Source: an uncultured Planctomycetaceae bacterium
GTDB lineage: Bacteria > Planctomycetota > Phycisphaerae > Phycisphaerales > Zrk34
Direction: 5' to 3'
NCBI GenBank assembly: GCA_964473545.1
Contig: CAYYPN010000001.1
Location: forward strand, 1 to 53,871
Length of the DNA stretch: 53,871 nucleotides
Shown here one piece after another: positions 26,322 to 34,710 of the stretch. Positions within the stretch are counted from its first letter, which is position 1. Each line of letters opens with the position of its first letter. The translations under genes were made by a program, and so were the position numbers. The notes under the pieces are model-generated. The model saw only the letters and a program-made list of their open reading frames with translations, did no database searches and was not told where the DNA came from.

Positions 26322-28757
26322 GTGGCCGAGAACATGCAACAGCCCAATTTGACCCTGGCCAAGGTCTGGCAGGTGCCCACGGCCCTGCTGGGTCTGCTGT
26401 TGCTGGTGGCGGGGTACTTTCTGGCCCGGCCCTCGCCCGAGCCGCGCGATATCGGCGCGGAGTTGGAGCAGGTGCGCCAGCTTGCCGCCGCCCGTGAATT
26501 TCAAAAGGCCGTGGATCAGCTCAACCAGATCGATCCGGCTTACGACACGCTCGGTACGGCGATGAAGATCGAGTATCACCTGGCCAGCGGTGACGCGATC
26601 GGCGGCGCCCAGCGCAACGCCGGCGACAACGTGCCGGAGAATCACCAGTCGGTCATCACCAACTACCGCGCCGCCCAGAGCCTGGGCCACGAACTCAACG
26701 ACCGCCGGCGGGCCTGGCTGGTCGGTTCGCTGCTGGCGCTGGGTCGTGAAGACGAAGCGTCGCAGGTGGTCGACGGCATGAGCGCGCAAAACGACGTCAA
26801 GCGACAGGAGCTTCGCCGGCGCATCATCGGCGTCGTGCTCAGCCAGGACGGCGACCCGCATAACGAGCTGGGCCTGGTGCGGTCGTTTCTGGAGAAGCCG
26901 GACCTGACGCGCGACAACCGCATCTGGGCGGTGGCCCGTTATGCCGAGTCGATGATGCGCGTGTCCGATCCGAAAGAAGTCAGCGAGCTGCTGATGCGCT
27001 GGCTGCAGCGTTTGGATTACCCCGAGAAGCAGGACCTGGGTGAACTGCTGGTGCTGCTGGGTCGATCGGAGCTGGCCGCGGGTGCCAAGAGCAAGGCCGA
27101 GCGCTGGTTCCTTCAGGCTCGCGCCCAGCTCGACGAAGGCGATCCGCTGAACGGCGAGGCGATCACGGGCCTGGGCCGCATCCGCTTTGAAGAAGACAAC
27201 GTCGTCGAAGCGGTGGAGCATTTCAGCGACGCCGTCACCAGCTATCCCGCGACGCGCAGCTATCTCGATGCGCTGGTCGGCAAGGCCGAATGCGAAGCCC
27301 GCCTCGGCAAGTTCGGCGAGTCGCTGGCCAGCTATGACGAAGCGGTCGGCATGGTCCTCGCCGCCCCGGTCGACACGACCGACCTCAAGCTGGTCGGCAA
27401 GAGCCTGTCCACGCAGAGCGACTGGCGTTACGCCCGCGGCGAGTACGACCTGGCGCTGAAGTACAGCCTGCTGGAGGAGAAGCTCTACGGCCAGAACGCC
27501 CCGGCCGACCTGCTCCGCAAGCTCGCCCGCACCCACGAACAGATCGCCCGCCAGACGCTCGGCGTGACCGAGCTCGACGAGATGGCCGCCGATCTGGGGC
27601 ACAAGTTCGATCAACTCGACCACGACGCGCGTCTGCTGGTGAGCATGAGCTTCGAACGTGCCGCGGAGTATTACTACCGCCACGCCCAGGCGATTTCCGC
27701 CACCGACGACGTGGCCTACGGCGACAGCCTGTGGCGATCGGCCGACTGTTATGACAAGGCCGGCCTGCACCAGGAAGCGATCAAGAAGTTCGAGGAGTAC
27801 ACCAAAACCCGCCCCGAAGATGCGCGGGAGCTTGACGTGCGCTTCCGTCTCGCCCAGGCCTATCAGGCCGACGGCCAGTTCGACACCGCCATCGACCTGT
27901 ACAGCAAGCTCACCGAAGATCACCCCAAGAGCCAGAGCGCTTACGAGTCGCTGGTCCCGCTGGCCCGGTGCTACCTGGCCAAGGGGCTGGAAGAGTGGAG
28001 CCAGGCCGAGCACATTCTCCGCAGCGTCGTGACCGATCACCCGGCCTTGCGCCCGGACAGCCCGCAGTATCGCGAAGCCTTGATTGAACTCGGTCGCCTG
28101 TACTACCAGCGTGGCGAGCCGGGCGACTACGAACGGGCCGTCGAACGCCTCGGCGAAGCGGTCGATCGCTACGGCGATCAGCAGAGCGAAATCGCGCGGG
28201 CCGAAATCCTGTTTCAGTTGGGCGACGCCTATCGCAAGTCGGTCAGCCAGATCGACACCAGGTTGGCCGAGCCCCTGCCGCCGTCGCAGCGGACGGCCTT
28301 CCAGCAGGAGCGGGCCGAGCGCCTCGCCGCCGCCCAGGACGCCTTCGACCAGGTCATCGACGCGTTCGCCCCGATCGAAGCGGACCAGCTCAACGATCTG
28401 CAAAAGCTCTACCGGCGCAACAGCCACTTCTACCGGGCCGATTGTGCTTACGACCTGGGCCGGCATGAAGGCCCGGACGGCGCGATCGCGCTGTACGACC
28501 TGGCCGCGCAGCGTTACGAAAAAGACCCGGCGGTGCTCGTGGCGATGATCCAGATCGTCAACAGTTATTTTGAACTGGGCAAGTATGACCTGGCCCGCAC
28601 CGCCAACGAACGGGCCAGATGGTACCTCAAGCGCATCCCGGAGGATGCGTTCAACGACCCGCATCTGCCGATGACGCGGGAACACTGGCAGCGCTGGCTG
28701 GACTCGACGGGTGAGCTGTCGATGGTCGGCGCGTCCGCTGAAGCGCCGGCGCCGTAA
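26322..28757 (+). CDS. Large TPR-like repeat protein with an N-terminal membrane anchor
   Basis: TM helix (VPTALLGLLLLVAGYFLA) followed by about 750 aa of helical-repeat sequence with TPR-like signatures (e.g. DCYDKAGLHQEAIKKFEEY, LAQAYQADGQFDTAIDLYSKL, LGDAYRKS). GTG 26322 or ATG 26334. Confidence 0.75.
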   Translation: MAENMQQPNLTLAKVWQVPTALLGLLLLVAGYFLARPSPEPRDIGAELEQVRQLAAAREFQKAVDQLNQIDPAYDTLGTAMKIEYHLASGDAIGGAQRNAGDNVPENHQSVITNYRAAQSLGHELNDRRRAWLVGSLLALGREDEASQVVDGMSAQNDVKRQELRRRIIGVVLSQDGDPHNELGLVRSFLEKPDLTRDNRIWAVARYAESMMRVSDPKEVSELLMRWLQRLDYPEKQDLGELLVLLGRSELAAGAKSKAERWFLQARAQLDEGDPLNGEAITGLGRIRFEEDNVVEAVEHFSDAVTSYPATRSYLDALVGKAECEARLGKFGESLASYDEAVGMVLAAPVDTTDLKLVGKSLSTQSDWRYARGEYDLALKYSLLEEKLYGQNAPADLLRKLARTHEQIARQTLGVTELDEMAADLGHKFDQLDHDARLLVSMSFERAAEYYYRHAQAISATDDVAYGDSLWRSADCYDKAGLHQEAIKKFEEYTKTRPEDARELDVRFRLAQAYQADGQFDTAIDLYSKLTEDHPKSQSAYESLVPLARCYLAKGLEEWSQAEHILRSVVTDHPALRPDSPQYREALIELGRLYYQRGEPGDYERAVERLGEAVDRYGDQQSEIARAEILFQLGDAYRKSVSQIDTRLAEPLPPSQRTAFQQERAERLAAAQDAFDQVIDAFAPIEADQLNDLQKLYRRNSHFYRADCAYDLGRHEGPDGAIALYDLAAQRYEKDPAVLVAMIQIVNSYFELGKYDLARTANERARWYLKRIPEDAFNDPHLPMTREHWQRWLDSTGELSMVGASAEAPAP

Positions 28758-28815
28758 GGCCCGGTGTGGCTTCGACAACGACCTTCGAGGCGGAGCCTCG
28801 GATTGGAGGTCACGG

Positions 28816-29283
28816 ATGACCGCAAACCTCGCCCCGCATTGGGCGCAGACCCTGCTGGAACTGCTCGACGAGCAGCGCGGGATCTATCGCCAGCTCGCGC
28901 AACTCAGCAACGAGCAAAGCGACCTCGTCGCCGAGGGCGATGCCGAGTCGTTGCTCAGTCTGCTCAGCCGCCGCCAGGCGCTGATCGATCGGCTGGTGCA
29001 GATCAACGCCCGCATCGAGCCGTTCAAACAGCAATGGCCGACCCTGTGGAGCGAACTCGACGACGAATCGCGTGAGCAGGTCCGCGAGCGCATCGACGAA
29101 CTGCGCGACCTGCTCGACCAGATCCTCGACCAGGATGAGCGCGATCGCACCGTCCTCGCTTCGCACCGCAACTCCGTCTCGCGCCAGTTGGGCCAGCTCA
29201 ACCGCGGCGCCGCGGTCAACCGCGCCTACGGCCCGGCCCCGAACGGGGCGCCCGGCAGCCGCTTCACCGACGAAAAGGGATGA
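28816..29283 (+). CDS. flgN: FlgN-like flagellar export chaperone family protein
   Basis: LLELLDEQRGIYRQLAQLSNEQSDLVAEGDAESLLSLLSRRQALIDRL resembles the FlgN family helical pattern. GGAGG lies upstream of ATG 28816. Sits in a flagellar regulatory context. Confidence 0.55.
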   Translation: MTANLAPHWAQTLLELLDEQRGIYRQLAQLSNEQSDLVAEGDAESLLSLLSRRQALIDRLVQINARIEPFKQQWPTLWSELDDESREQVRERIDELRDLLDQILDQDERDRTVLASHRNSVSRQLGQLNRGAAVNRAYGPAPNGAPGSRFTDEKG

Positions 29284-30215
29284 TCCGAATGGCCTGGGCT
29301 CAAACCAACCCGACGCCCGACGCGGCCAAGTCGCCCGACGCTCGCAACGCCGAGCTCGTCGAGATCATCCGCGCCTACAACGACGTGACCGACCGGTTGC
29401 AGCAGAGCCACGAGGTGCTGACCGGCGAGGTCGCCCGGCTTCAGCGTGAGCTGGCGTCGGCTAACGCGGCGTTGCAGCGGTCGCGCCGCCTGGCGGCGCT
29501 GGGCGAGATGGCCGCCGGCATCGCCCACGAAATCCGCAATCCCCTGGCTTCCATCCAGCTCTACACCAATATGCTCGAGGAAGACCTGGCCGACCGCCCG
29601 CCGCAGCAGGACCTGGCCAACCGGATTTCCGCCGCCGTGCGCGGGCTCAACGGGATCGTCGGCGATGTGCTGACGTTCAGCCGCGAAATGAAGCTGCGCT
29701 GCGTCGAAGGCTCGGCGATCGAGGCGCTGCAGCGCGTCGCGGATGTGCTCGCCCCGCAACTGGAACAGGCCGGCGTCACCGTGCAATATCAAGGCGAGGA
29801 TCGCCTGGTCCACCACGACCCGGAGATGCTGCACCAGGCGCTGGTCAACCTCGTCCGCAACGCCGCCGAGGCCATGACCGACGGCGGCACGCTGACCCTG
29901 GCCGTGCAACAGGTCGACGGCGACAACGAGGCGACGTGCCTGGTCGTGCGCGACACCGGCCCGGGCATCAGCGACGAAGCGATCGATCGCATTTTCAATC
30001 CGTTCTTCACCACCCGCGCCACCGGGACCGGGCTCGGCCTGGCCATCGTGCACCGCATCGTCGACGCCCACGGCGGATCGATCGGCGTGCACAACGACCC
30101 GGCGGGTGGCGCCGTGTTCACGTTGACGTTACCGCCCGCCGGCGCGCATGACACCGATGCCGATGCCCAAGCCGACGCCGCGCAAGCCATTACGGAGATC
30201 GCCGCTCATGGATAA
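29280..30215 (+). CDS. Soluble sensor histidine kinase (HisKA + HATPase_c, no TM or obvious sensor domain), FlgS/FleS/FlrB-like by context
   Basis: H-box MAAGIAHEIRNPL, N-box LVNLVRNAAEA, G1 VRDTGPGI, G2 GTGLGLAIV. The start overlaps the flgN-like stop (ATGA). Confidence 0.85.
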   Translation: MIRMAWAQTNPTPDAAKSPDARNAELVEIIRAYNDVTDRLQQSHEVLTGEVARLQRELASANAALQRSRRLAALGEMAAGIAHEIRNPLASIQLYTNMLEEDLADRPPQQDLANRISAAVRGLNGIVGDVLTFSREMKLRCVEGSAIEALQRVADVLAPQLEQAGVTVQYQGEDRLVHHDPEMLHQALVNLVRNAAEAMTDGGTLTLAVQQVDGDNEATCLVVRDTGPGISDEAIDRIFNPFFTTRATGTGLGLAIVHRIVDAHGGSIGVHNDPAGGAVFTLTLPPAGAHDTDADAQADAAQAITEIAAHG

Positions 30216-31581
30216 GGTCCTGGTTGTTGACGATAAGCAGATGATGCGCGACAGCGTGTCGGCCGTGCTCGTAAGGGCCGGGTTCCAGCCGGTCGTCGCC
30301 GACGACGGCGCCTCGGCCCTGGAACTCATTGCCCGTCATCGTCCGGCCGCGGTCGTGACCGACCTCAAAATGCCGGGCATGGACGGCCTGGAACTGCTCC
30401 AGCACATCGTCGAACTCGACGCGACCATGCCCGTCGTGCTGATGACCGCCTACGCCACGATCGAGACGGCGGTGACGGCGATGAAGCGCGGCGCGTTCGA
30501 CTACGTGCAGAAGCCTTTCGACGGCGATGAACTGGTCATCTGCGTCAAGCGCGCGGTCGAACACCGCAGGCTCAAGCGCGACAACGAGGCGTTGCGCGAA
30601 GCCGAACACGCCGCGGCGCCGGCGTTGCCGCTCATCGGCGAATCGCCGGCCATGCTCAACGTCCGCCGCCAGATCGACCAGGTCGCCCCCAGCCACGGCA
30701 CGGTGCTCATCACCGGCGAATCGGGCTGCGGCAAGGAGGTCGTTGCCCGGCTGGTGCATGCCGCCGGCCCGCGCCAGGACCACACCATGCTCTGCGTCAA
30801 CTGCGCGGCGCTGAGCACCAGCCTGCTGGAAAGCGAACTGTTCGGCCACGAGCGCGGCGCGTTCACCGGCGCCGAGCAGATGCGCAAGGGTCGCTTTGAA
30901 CTGGCCGATGGGGGGACGCTGCTGCTGGACGAGGTGTCGGAAGTGAGCGTGCCCGTGCAGGCGAAGCTGTTGCGGGTGTTGCAGGAGCGGCAATTCGAAC
31001 GCGTCGGGTCGAGCCTGACGTTGACGGTCGACGTGCGAGTGATCGCCACGACCAACCGCGACCTGGAGCAGGCGGTGCAGTCGAAGGACTTCCGTGAGGA
31101 TCTGTACTTTCGGCTGAATGTGCTGCCGATTCACGTGCCGCCGCTGCGACAGCGGGTTGAGGACATCCCCGCGCTGGCCGAGCATTTCCTGGCGCGGCAG
31201 GCCCAGCGCGACGGGCGGGCGACCAAGCGATTCAACAAGACGGCGCTGCAGTTGCTGGCCGACTACCACTGGCCGGGCAACGTGCGCGAGTTGCAAAACA
31301 TCTGCGAACGGGCCGGCGTACTGGCCCCGGAGACGACGATCACCGCGGACCTGATCGAGCCGTGGCTCGGCGGGACGGTGACGGCGCCGGCCATGCCGAC
31401 CGTGCACACCGCCGACGACGTGACGCTCGAGGAACTGGAGCGGGAGGCGATCGTGCGGACGCTGGGCCGATACAACGGCCACCGGCGGCGCACGGCCAAG
31501 GCCCTGGGCATCGGCGTGCGGACGCTGGGTTTGAAGCTGAAGAAATGGAAGGAAAGCAATCTTGTGGCACAGAGCCTTTGA
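30208..31581 (+). CDS. Sigma54-dependent response regulator (REC + AAA+ + Fis-type HTH), FlgR/FleR/FlrC-like by context
   Basis: REC domain (VLVVDD...VVTDLKMPGMDG), Walker A GESGCGKE, the sigma54-contact motif GAFTGA, and a C-terminal HTH (RRRTAKALGIGVRTL). Overlaps the kinase by 8 nt. Confidence 0.9.
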   Translation: MDKVLVVDDKQMMRDSVSAVLVRAGFQPVVADDGASALELIARHRPAAVVTDLKMPGMDGLELLQHIVELDATMPVVLMTAYATIETAVTAMKRGAFDYVQKPFDGDELVICVKRAVEHRRLKRDNEALREAEHAAAPALPLIGESPAMLNVRRQIDQVAPSHGTVLITGESGCGKEVVARLVHAAGPRQDHTMLCVNCAALSTSLLESELFGHERGAFTGAEQMRKGRFELADGGTLLLDEVSEVSVPVQAKLLRVLQERQFERVGSSLTLTVDVRVIATTNRDLEQAVQSKDFREDLYFRLNVLPIHVPPLRQRVEDIPALAEHFLARQAQRDGRATKRFNKTALQLLADYHWPGNVRELQNICERAGVLAPETTITADLIEPWLGGTVTAPAMPTVHTADDVTLEELEREAIVRTLGRYNGHRRRTAKALGIGVRTLGLKLKKWKESNLVAQSL

Positions 31582-31679
31582 GATGGATGTTCGGCGCAAC
31601 ACTTGCGCGGCCGCGCAACACCTGCCTGCGGTGCGTCACGCGATCGGCGATGGCGACACGGCAGCCGGGGCCCCGCGGC

Positions 31680-31693
31680 GGCACCGGGGTTGC
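31680..31693 (+). promoter_or_regulatory. Sigma54 (-24/-12) promoter upstream of flgB
   Basis: cGGCACcggggTTGCg has GG and GC spaced exactly as in the TGGCAC-N5-TTGC consensus. It lies about 40 nt upstream of the flgB ATG and directly after the enhancer-binding-protein gene. Confidence 0.65.
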
Positions 31694-31734
31694 GCCCTGA
31701 CGCGTGCGGTGTTGCGCTTGTGGAAGGTCCGGTC

Positions 31735-32169
31735 ATGATCGACGGCATGTTTGACAGTGGGGCGATGCCCGTGCTCGAGCGGATGGTGCAGTTCACCGCC
31801 CAGCGCCATCGCATGCTCGCCCACAACATCGCCAACCTCTCCACGCCCAACTTCCAGCCGACCGACCTGGACACCGCCAGCTTTCAGGAGGAACTGGGCC
31901 GCGCCATCGACGCCCGCCGCCGGCAACCGGCGGGAATGAATCAGCCCCTGGAGATGCAGGACACCGGCCAACTGGAATTCAGCGAGCATGGCATTGAAGC
32001 CAAGCCCCAGCGCACCAACGACAACATCCTCTTCCATGATCGCAACAACCGGTCGTTGGAGCGGCTGATGCAGCACCTGGCGGAGAACGCCGGCGTGCAC
32101 AATTCCAGCCTCGAAATGCTGCGGAACGAATTCGCCATGCTCGAAACCGCCATTCAGGAGCGGGTCTGA
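31735..32169 (+). CDS. flgB: Flagellar basal-body rod protein FlgB
   Basis: RHRMLAHNIANLSTPNFQPTDL is the rod-protein N-terminal signature. First gene of the flgBC-fliE order. Confidence 0.85.
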   Translation: MIDGMFDSGAMPVLERMVQFTAQRHRMLAHNIANLSTPNFQPTDLDTASFQEELGRAIDARRRQPAGMNQPLEMQDTGQLEFSEHGIEAKPQRTNDNILFHDRNNRSLERLMQHLAENAGVHNSSLEMLRNEFAMLETAIQERV

Positions 32170-32199
32170 TCGACGCCGCAACGGCAAGGAGTGTGAATC

Positions 32200-32607
32200 G
32201 TGTTTGGATCATTGGACATCTCGGCCTCCGCCCTCGTCGCCCAGCGTACGCGCCTGGATGTGATCAGCGGCAACCTGGCCAATCAGCACACCGTCTTCGA
32301 TGCCGAGGGCAACTTCGAGCCGTACCGGAGGCGGATCGCCGTGTTCTCGCCGGGCGATCCGTCGAGCGGGAACGATCGCGGCGTGCACGTGCAGGAAATC
32401 CTTCTCGACGACGCCCCGTTCCAGAAGGTGGAAGTCGGCAAGGGACACCCCCTGGCCGACGAGGACGGCTTCATGGACATGCCGAACATCGACCCGATGA
32501 TGGAGATGGTCAGCGCCATGGAAGCCAGCCGTGCGTACGAAGCGAACATCACCGTCGCCGAAGTGACCAAGGCGATGGGCAGCGCCGCGCTGCGGTTGCT
32601 GGCTTGA
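32200..32607 (+). CDS. flgC: Flagellar basal-body rod protein FlgC
   Basis: SLDISASALVAQRTRLDVISGNLANQHT plus the C-terminal MVSAMEASRAYEANITV. GTG start with AAGGAG upstream. Confidence 0.9.
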   Translation: MFGSLDISASALVAQRTRLDVISGNLANQHTVFDAEGNFEPYRRRIAVFSPGDPSSGNDRGVHVQEILLDDAPFQKVEVGKGHPLADEDGFMDMPNIDPMMEMVSAMEASRAYEANITVAEVTKAMGSAALRLLA

Positions 32608-32636
32608 ACGGATCAAGCCGGCCTGGAGTTTGAATC

Positions 32637-32945
32637 ATGACCGACCCCCTGGGACTGATTGGACAGACCGGCGCGGCGGCGCAGCCGACCCCGCGCGCGG
32701 CGAAGCCGACGAACGGCGCCCCGGATACGTCGTTCAAGGACGTGCTCATGAAGAACATCGAGCAGGTCAACAAGCTGCAGCAGGACGCGGAGTCGGCGAT
32801 CGAGGACCTGGCCGCGGGCCGGCGCGACGACATGGCCAACGTCCTGATCGCCAAGCAGAAGGCGGACATGGCGTTCAAGATGCTGCTTCAGGTCCGCAAC
32901 AAGATGATGGATGCGTATACGGAGATCAAGGAAATCAGGGTATAA
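32637..32945 (+). CDS. fliE: Flagellar hook-basal body complex protein FliE
   Basis: FKDVLMKNIEQVNKLQQDAESAIEDLAAG...KADMAFKMLLQVRNKMMDAYTEI matches the FliE pattern and position. Confidence 0.85.
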   Translation: MTDPLGLIGQTGAAAQPTPRAAKPTNGAPDTSFKDVLMKNIEQVNKLQQDAESAIEDLAAGRRDDMANVLIAKQKADMAFKMLLQVRNKMMDAYTEIKEIRV

Positions 32946-32949
32946 AACC

Positions 32950-33018
32950 GTGGCAGAAGTCAGTGGCCGATGGCAACTGACTACTGACCACTGACGACGA
33001 CGAAGGCCGGAGGCCTTC
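32950..33018 (+). repeat. 7-nt periodic tract (TGGCCGA TGGCAAC TGACTAC TGACCAC TGACGAC...) plus a GC hairpin in the fliE-fliF spacer
   Basis: Read directly. gtcagtgg (32959-32966) is complementary to ccactgac (32988-32995). gaaggcc/ggccttc forms a hairpin at 33002-33018. Confidence 0.55.
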
Positions 33019-33039
33019 GACCCGGCATGGAGGCCGAAC

Positions 33040-34686
33040 ATGGATTGGGTTCGCAAGTGGATGACACAGATTCAGGCACATTTGTCTGAGCTGTCGATCA
33101 GCCAGAAGTTGTTGATCGGGACGTTGGCCGTGGTGGTGTTCGCGGTGCTGATGGTGCTGGCGTTGTGGGCCGGTCGCCCGCAGTACGCGCCGGTGATCGA
33201 TCAGTCGCTGACCGCCGCCGAGCAGTCCCGCATCACGACCTATCTCGACTCGCGCAACATCCGCTATGAAGTGGTGGGCGACCGGGTGATGATCCCGCCG
33301 GACCGCCAGGCCGAGGTGCTCGCCGGTTTGCAGTTGCAGCAACTGCTGCCCGAGGACACCAGCCGGGGGTTCGCCGTGCTGATCGAGACCCAGTCGTGGT
33401 GGCAGTCCAGCGCCCAGAATCGCCAGGTCTACAACATCGCGTTGCAGAACGAGCTGGCGGCGATCGTGTCGAACATGCGCGGGGTCAACGCCGCCAAGGT
33501 CATCATCTCCGAGCCGCGCGACACCGGGTTCGGCGCCACGCACACCCGCCCCAGCGCGTCGGTCAACGTCCAGATGGCCGCCGGCGCGGTCAACCAGAAG
33601 CTCGCCGACGCCGTGGCGGGACTCGTCGCCGGCGCGGTCGCCGAGATGAACCCCGAGGATGTGACGGTCATCGACGCCGGCGCCGGTCGCCAGTTCCGCA
33701 AGCGCAACGACGGCCAGCTCGTGCCCAGCGACTTCCTCGAAATGGTGCAGATCCAGGAGCGGACCTTCCGCGAGCGCATCGCCTCGGCCCTGGGTTACAT
33801 CCCCAAGGTGATCGTGGCCGTCAACGTCGAGGTCGACCCCTCGCGTAAGCAGACCGAGTCGACCACTTACGACCAGGACAAGTCGGTCTCGCTGATCGCC
33901 TCGGAGCGGGCCCGCGAGGAAACCAGCACCGAGCGGCGCGACGGCGGCGAACCCGGTCCCCGCGCCAACACCGCCGTCAACATCCCCGGCGCCGGCGGCA
34001 CGGGCAGCGAAACCGCCCTCACCGAAACCGAGAACGCGTATTCCCCCCACGCCGGCGTCACCCACGAACAGGTCGTCGACCCCGGCGGTGTGCCCACCCG
34101 CGTCAACGCCACCGTCAACGTCCCCCGCAGCTACTTCGTCAGCCTGTACATGCAGGGCAGGGACGAAGGCGCTGAGCAACCGGACGATGCGGCGTTGCAG
34201 GCGGTCTACACCGAACACCTCGACCGCATCAAGAAGCAGGTCGAACCCTTGCTCATGGCCCGCAACGAAGGCCGCGTCGTCGTCGACGTGTACCCCGACG
34301 GCGAAGGCGCGATCGGTGAAGCGGCGGTCGCCGCGGCGGGCGCGGGGGCCGGCGGGTTGCTCAGTGGCAACCTGATCCGGCCGGTGGGCTTGTCGCTGAT
34401 GGCGCTGGTCTCGCTGGCGGCGATGTTCATGATGATCCGCAAGGCCTCGCAACCGGCGCCCGAGCCGGAGTCGAACGAGCTGGCGGGCATGCCGCCGATG
34501 CTGGGCGGCGATGACTTCGACATGGCCGGCGAAGCGGGCGAACTCGACGCGGCGCTGCCCGGCATGGAAGTCGACGACGACCAGATCGCCAACCGCAAGG
34601 TCAGCGAACAGGTCGCCGAGATGATCAAGAACAACCCCGACGAAGCGGCCAACGTTCTGCGGCAATGGGCCCGGCAGGATGACTGA
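33040..34686 (+). CDS. fliF: Flagellar M-ring protein FliF
   Basis: 548 aa with an N-terminal TM helix, YscJ/FliF-like periplasmic core (VIISEPRDTGFG...SASVNV), a second TM near the C-terminus, and a FliG-binding tail. Lies between fliE and fliG. Confidence 0.9.
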   Translation: MDWVRKWMTQIQAHLSELSISQKLLIGTLAVVVFAVLMVLALWAGRPQYAPVIDQSLTAAEQSRITTYLDSRNIRYEVVGDRVMIPPDRQAEVLAGLQLQQLLPEDTSRGFAVLIETQSWWQSSAQNRQVYNIALQNELAAIVSNMRGVNAAKVIISEPRDTGFGATHTRPSASVNVQMAAGAVNQKLADAVAGLVAGAVAEMNPEDVTVIDAGAGRQFRKRNDGQLVPSDFLEMVQIQERTFRERIASALGYIPKVIVAVNVEVDPSRKQTESTTYDQDKSVSLIASERAREETSTERRDGGEPGPRANTAVNIPGAGGTGSETALTETENAYSPHAGVTHEQVVDPGGVPTRVNATVNVPRSYFVSLYMQGRDEGAEQPDDAALQAVYTEHLDRIKKQVEPLLMARNEGRVVVDVYPDGEGAIGEAAVAAAGAGAGGLLSGNLIRPVGLSLMALVSLAAMFMMIRKASQPAPEPESNELAGMPPMLGGDDFDMAGEAGELDAALPGMEVDDDQIANRKVSEQVAEMIKNNPDEAANVLRQWARQDD

Positions 34687-34710
34687 TCGCGGCGGCACAG
34701 GCTCACGCAC

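Noticed and set aside
26232-28778. 848-aa minus-strand ORF opposite the TPR gene.
   Set aside because: The plus-strand frame gives a coherent TM + helical-repeat protein with GC3-biased codons. The antisense product is Arg/Gly/Val/Ala low-complexity sequence with no motifs.
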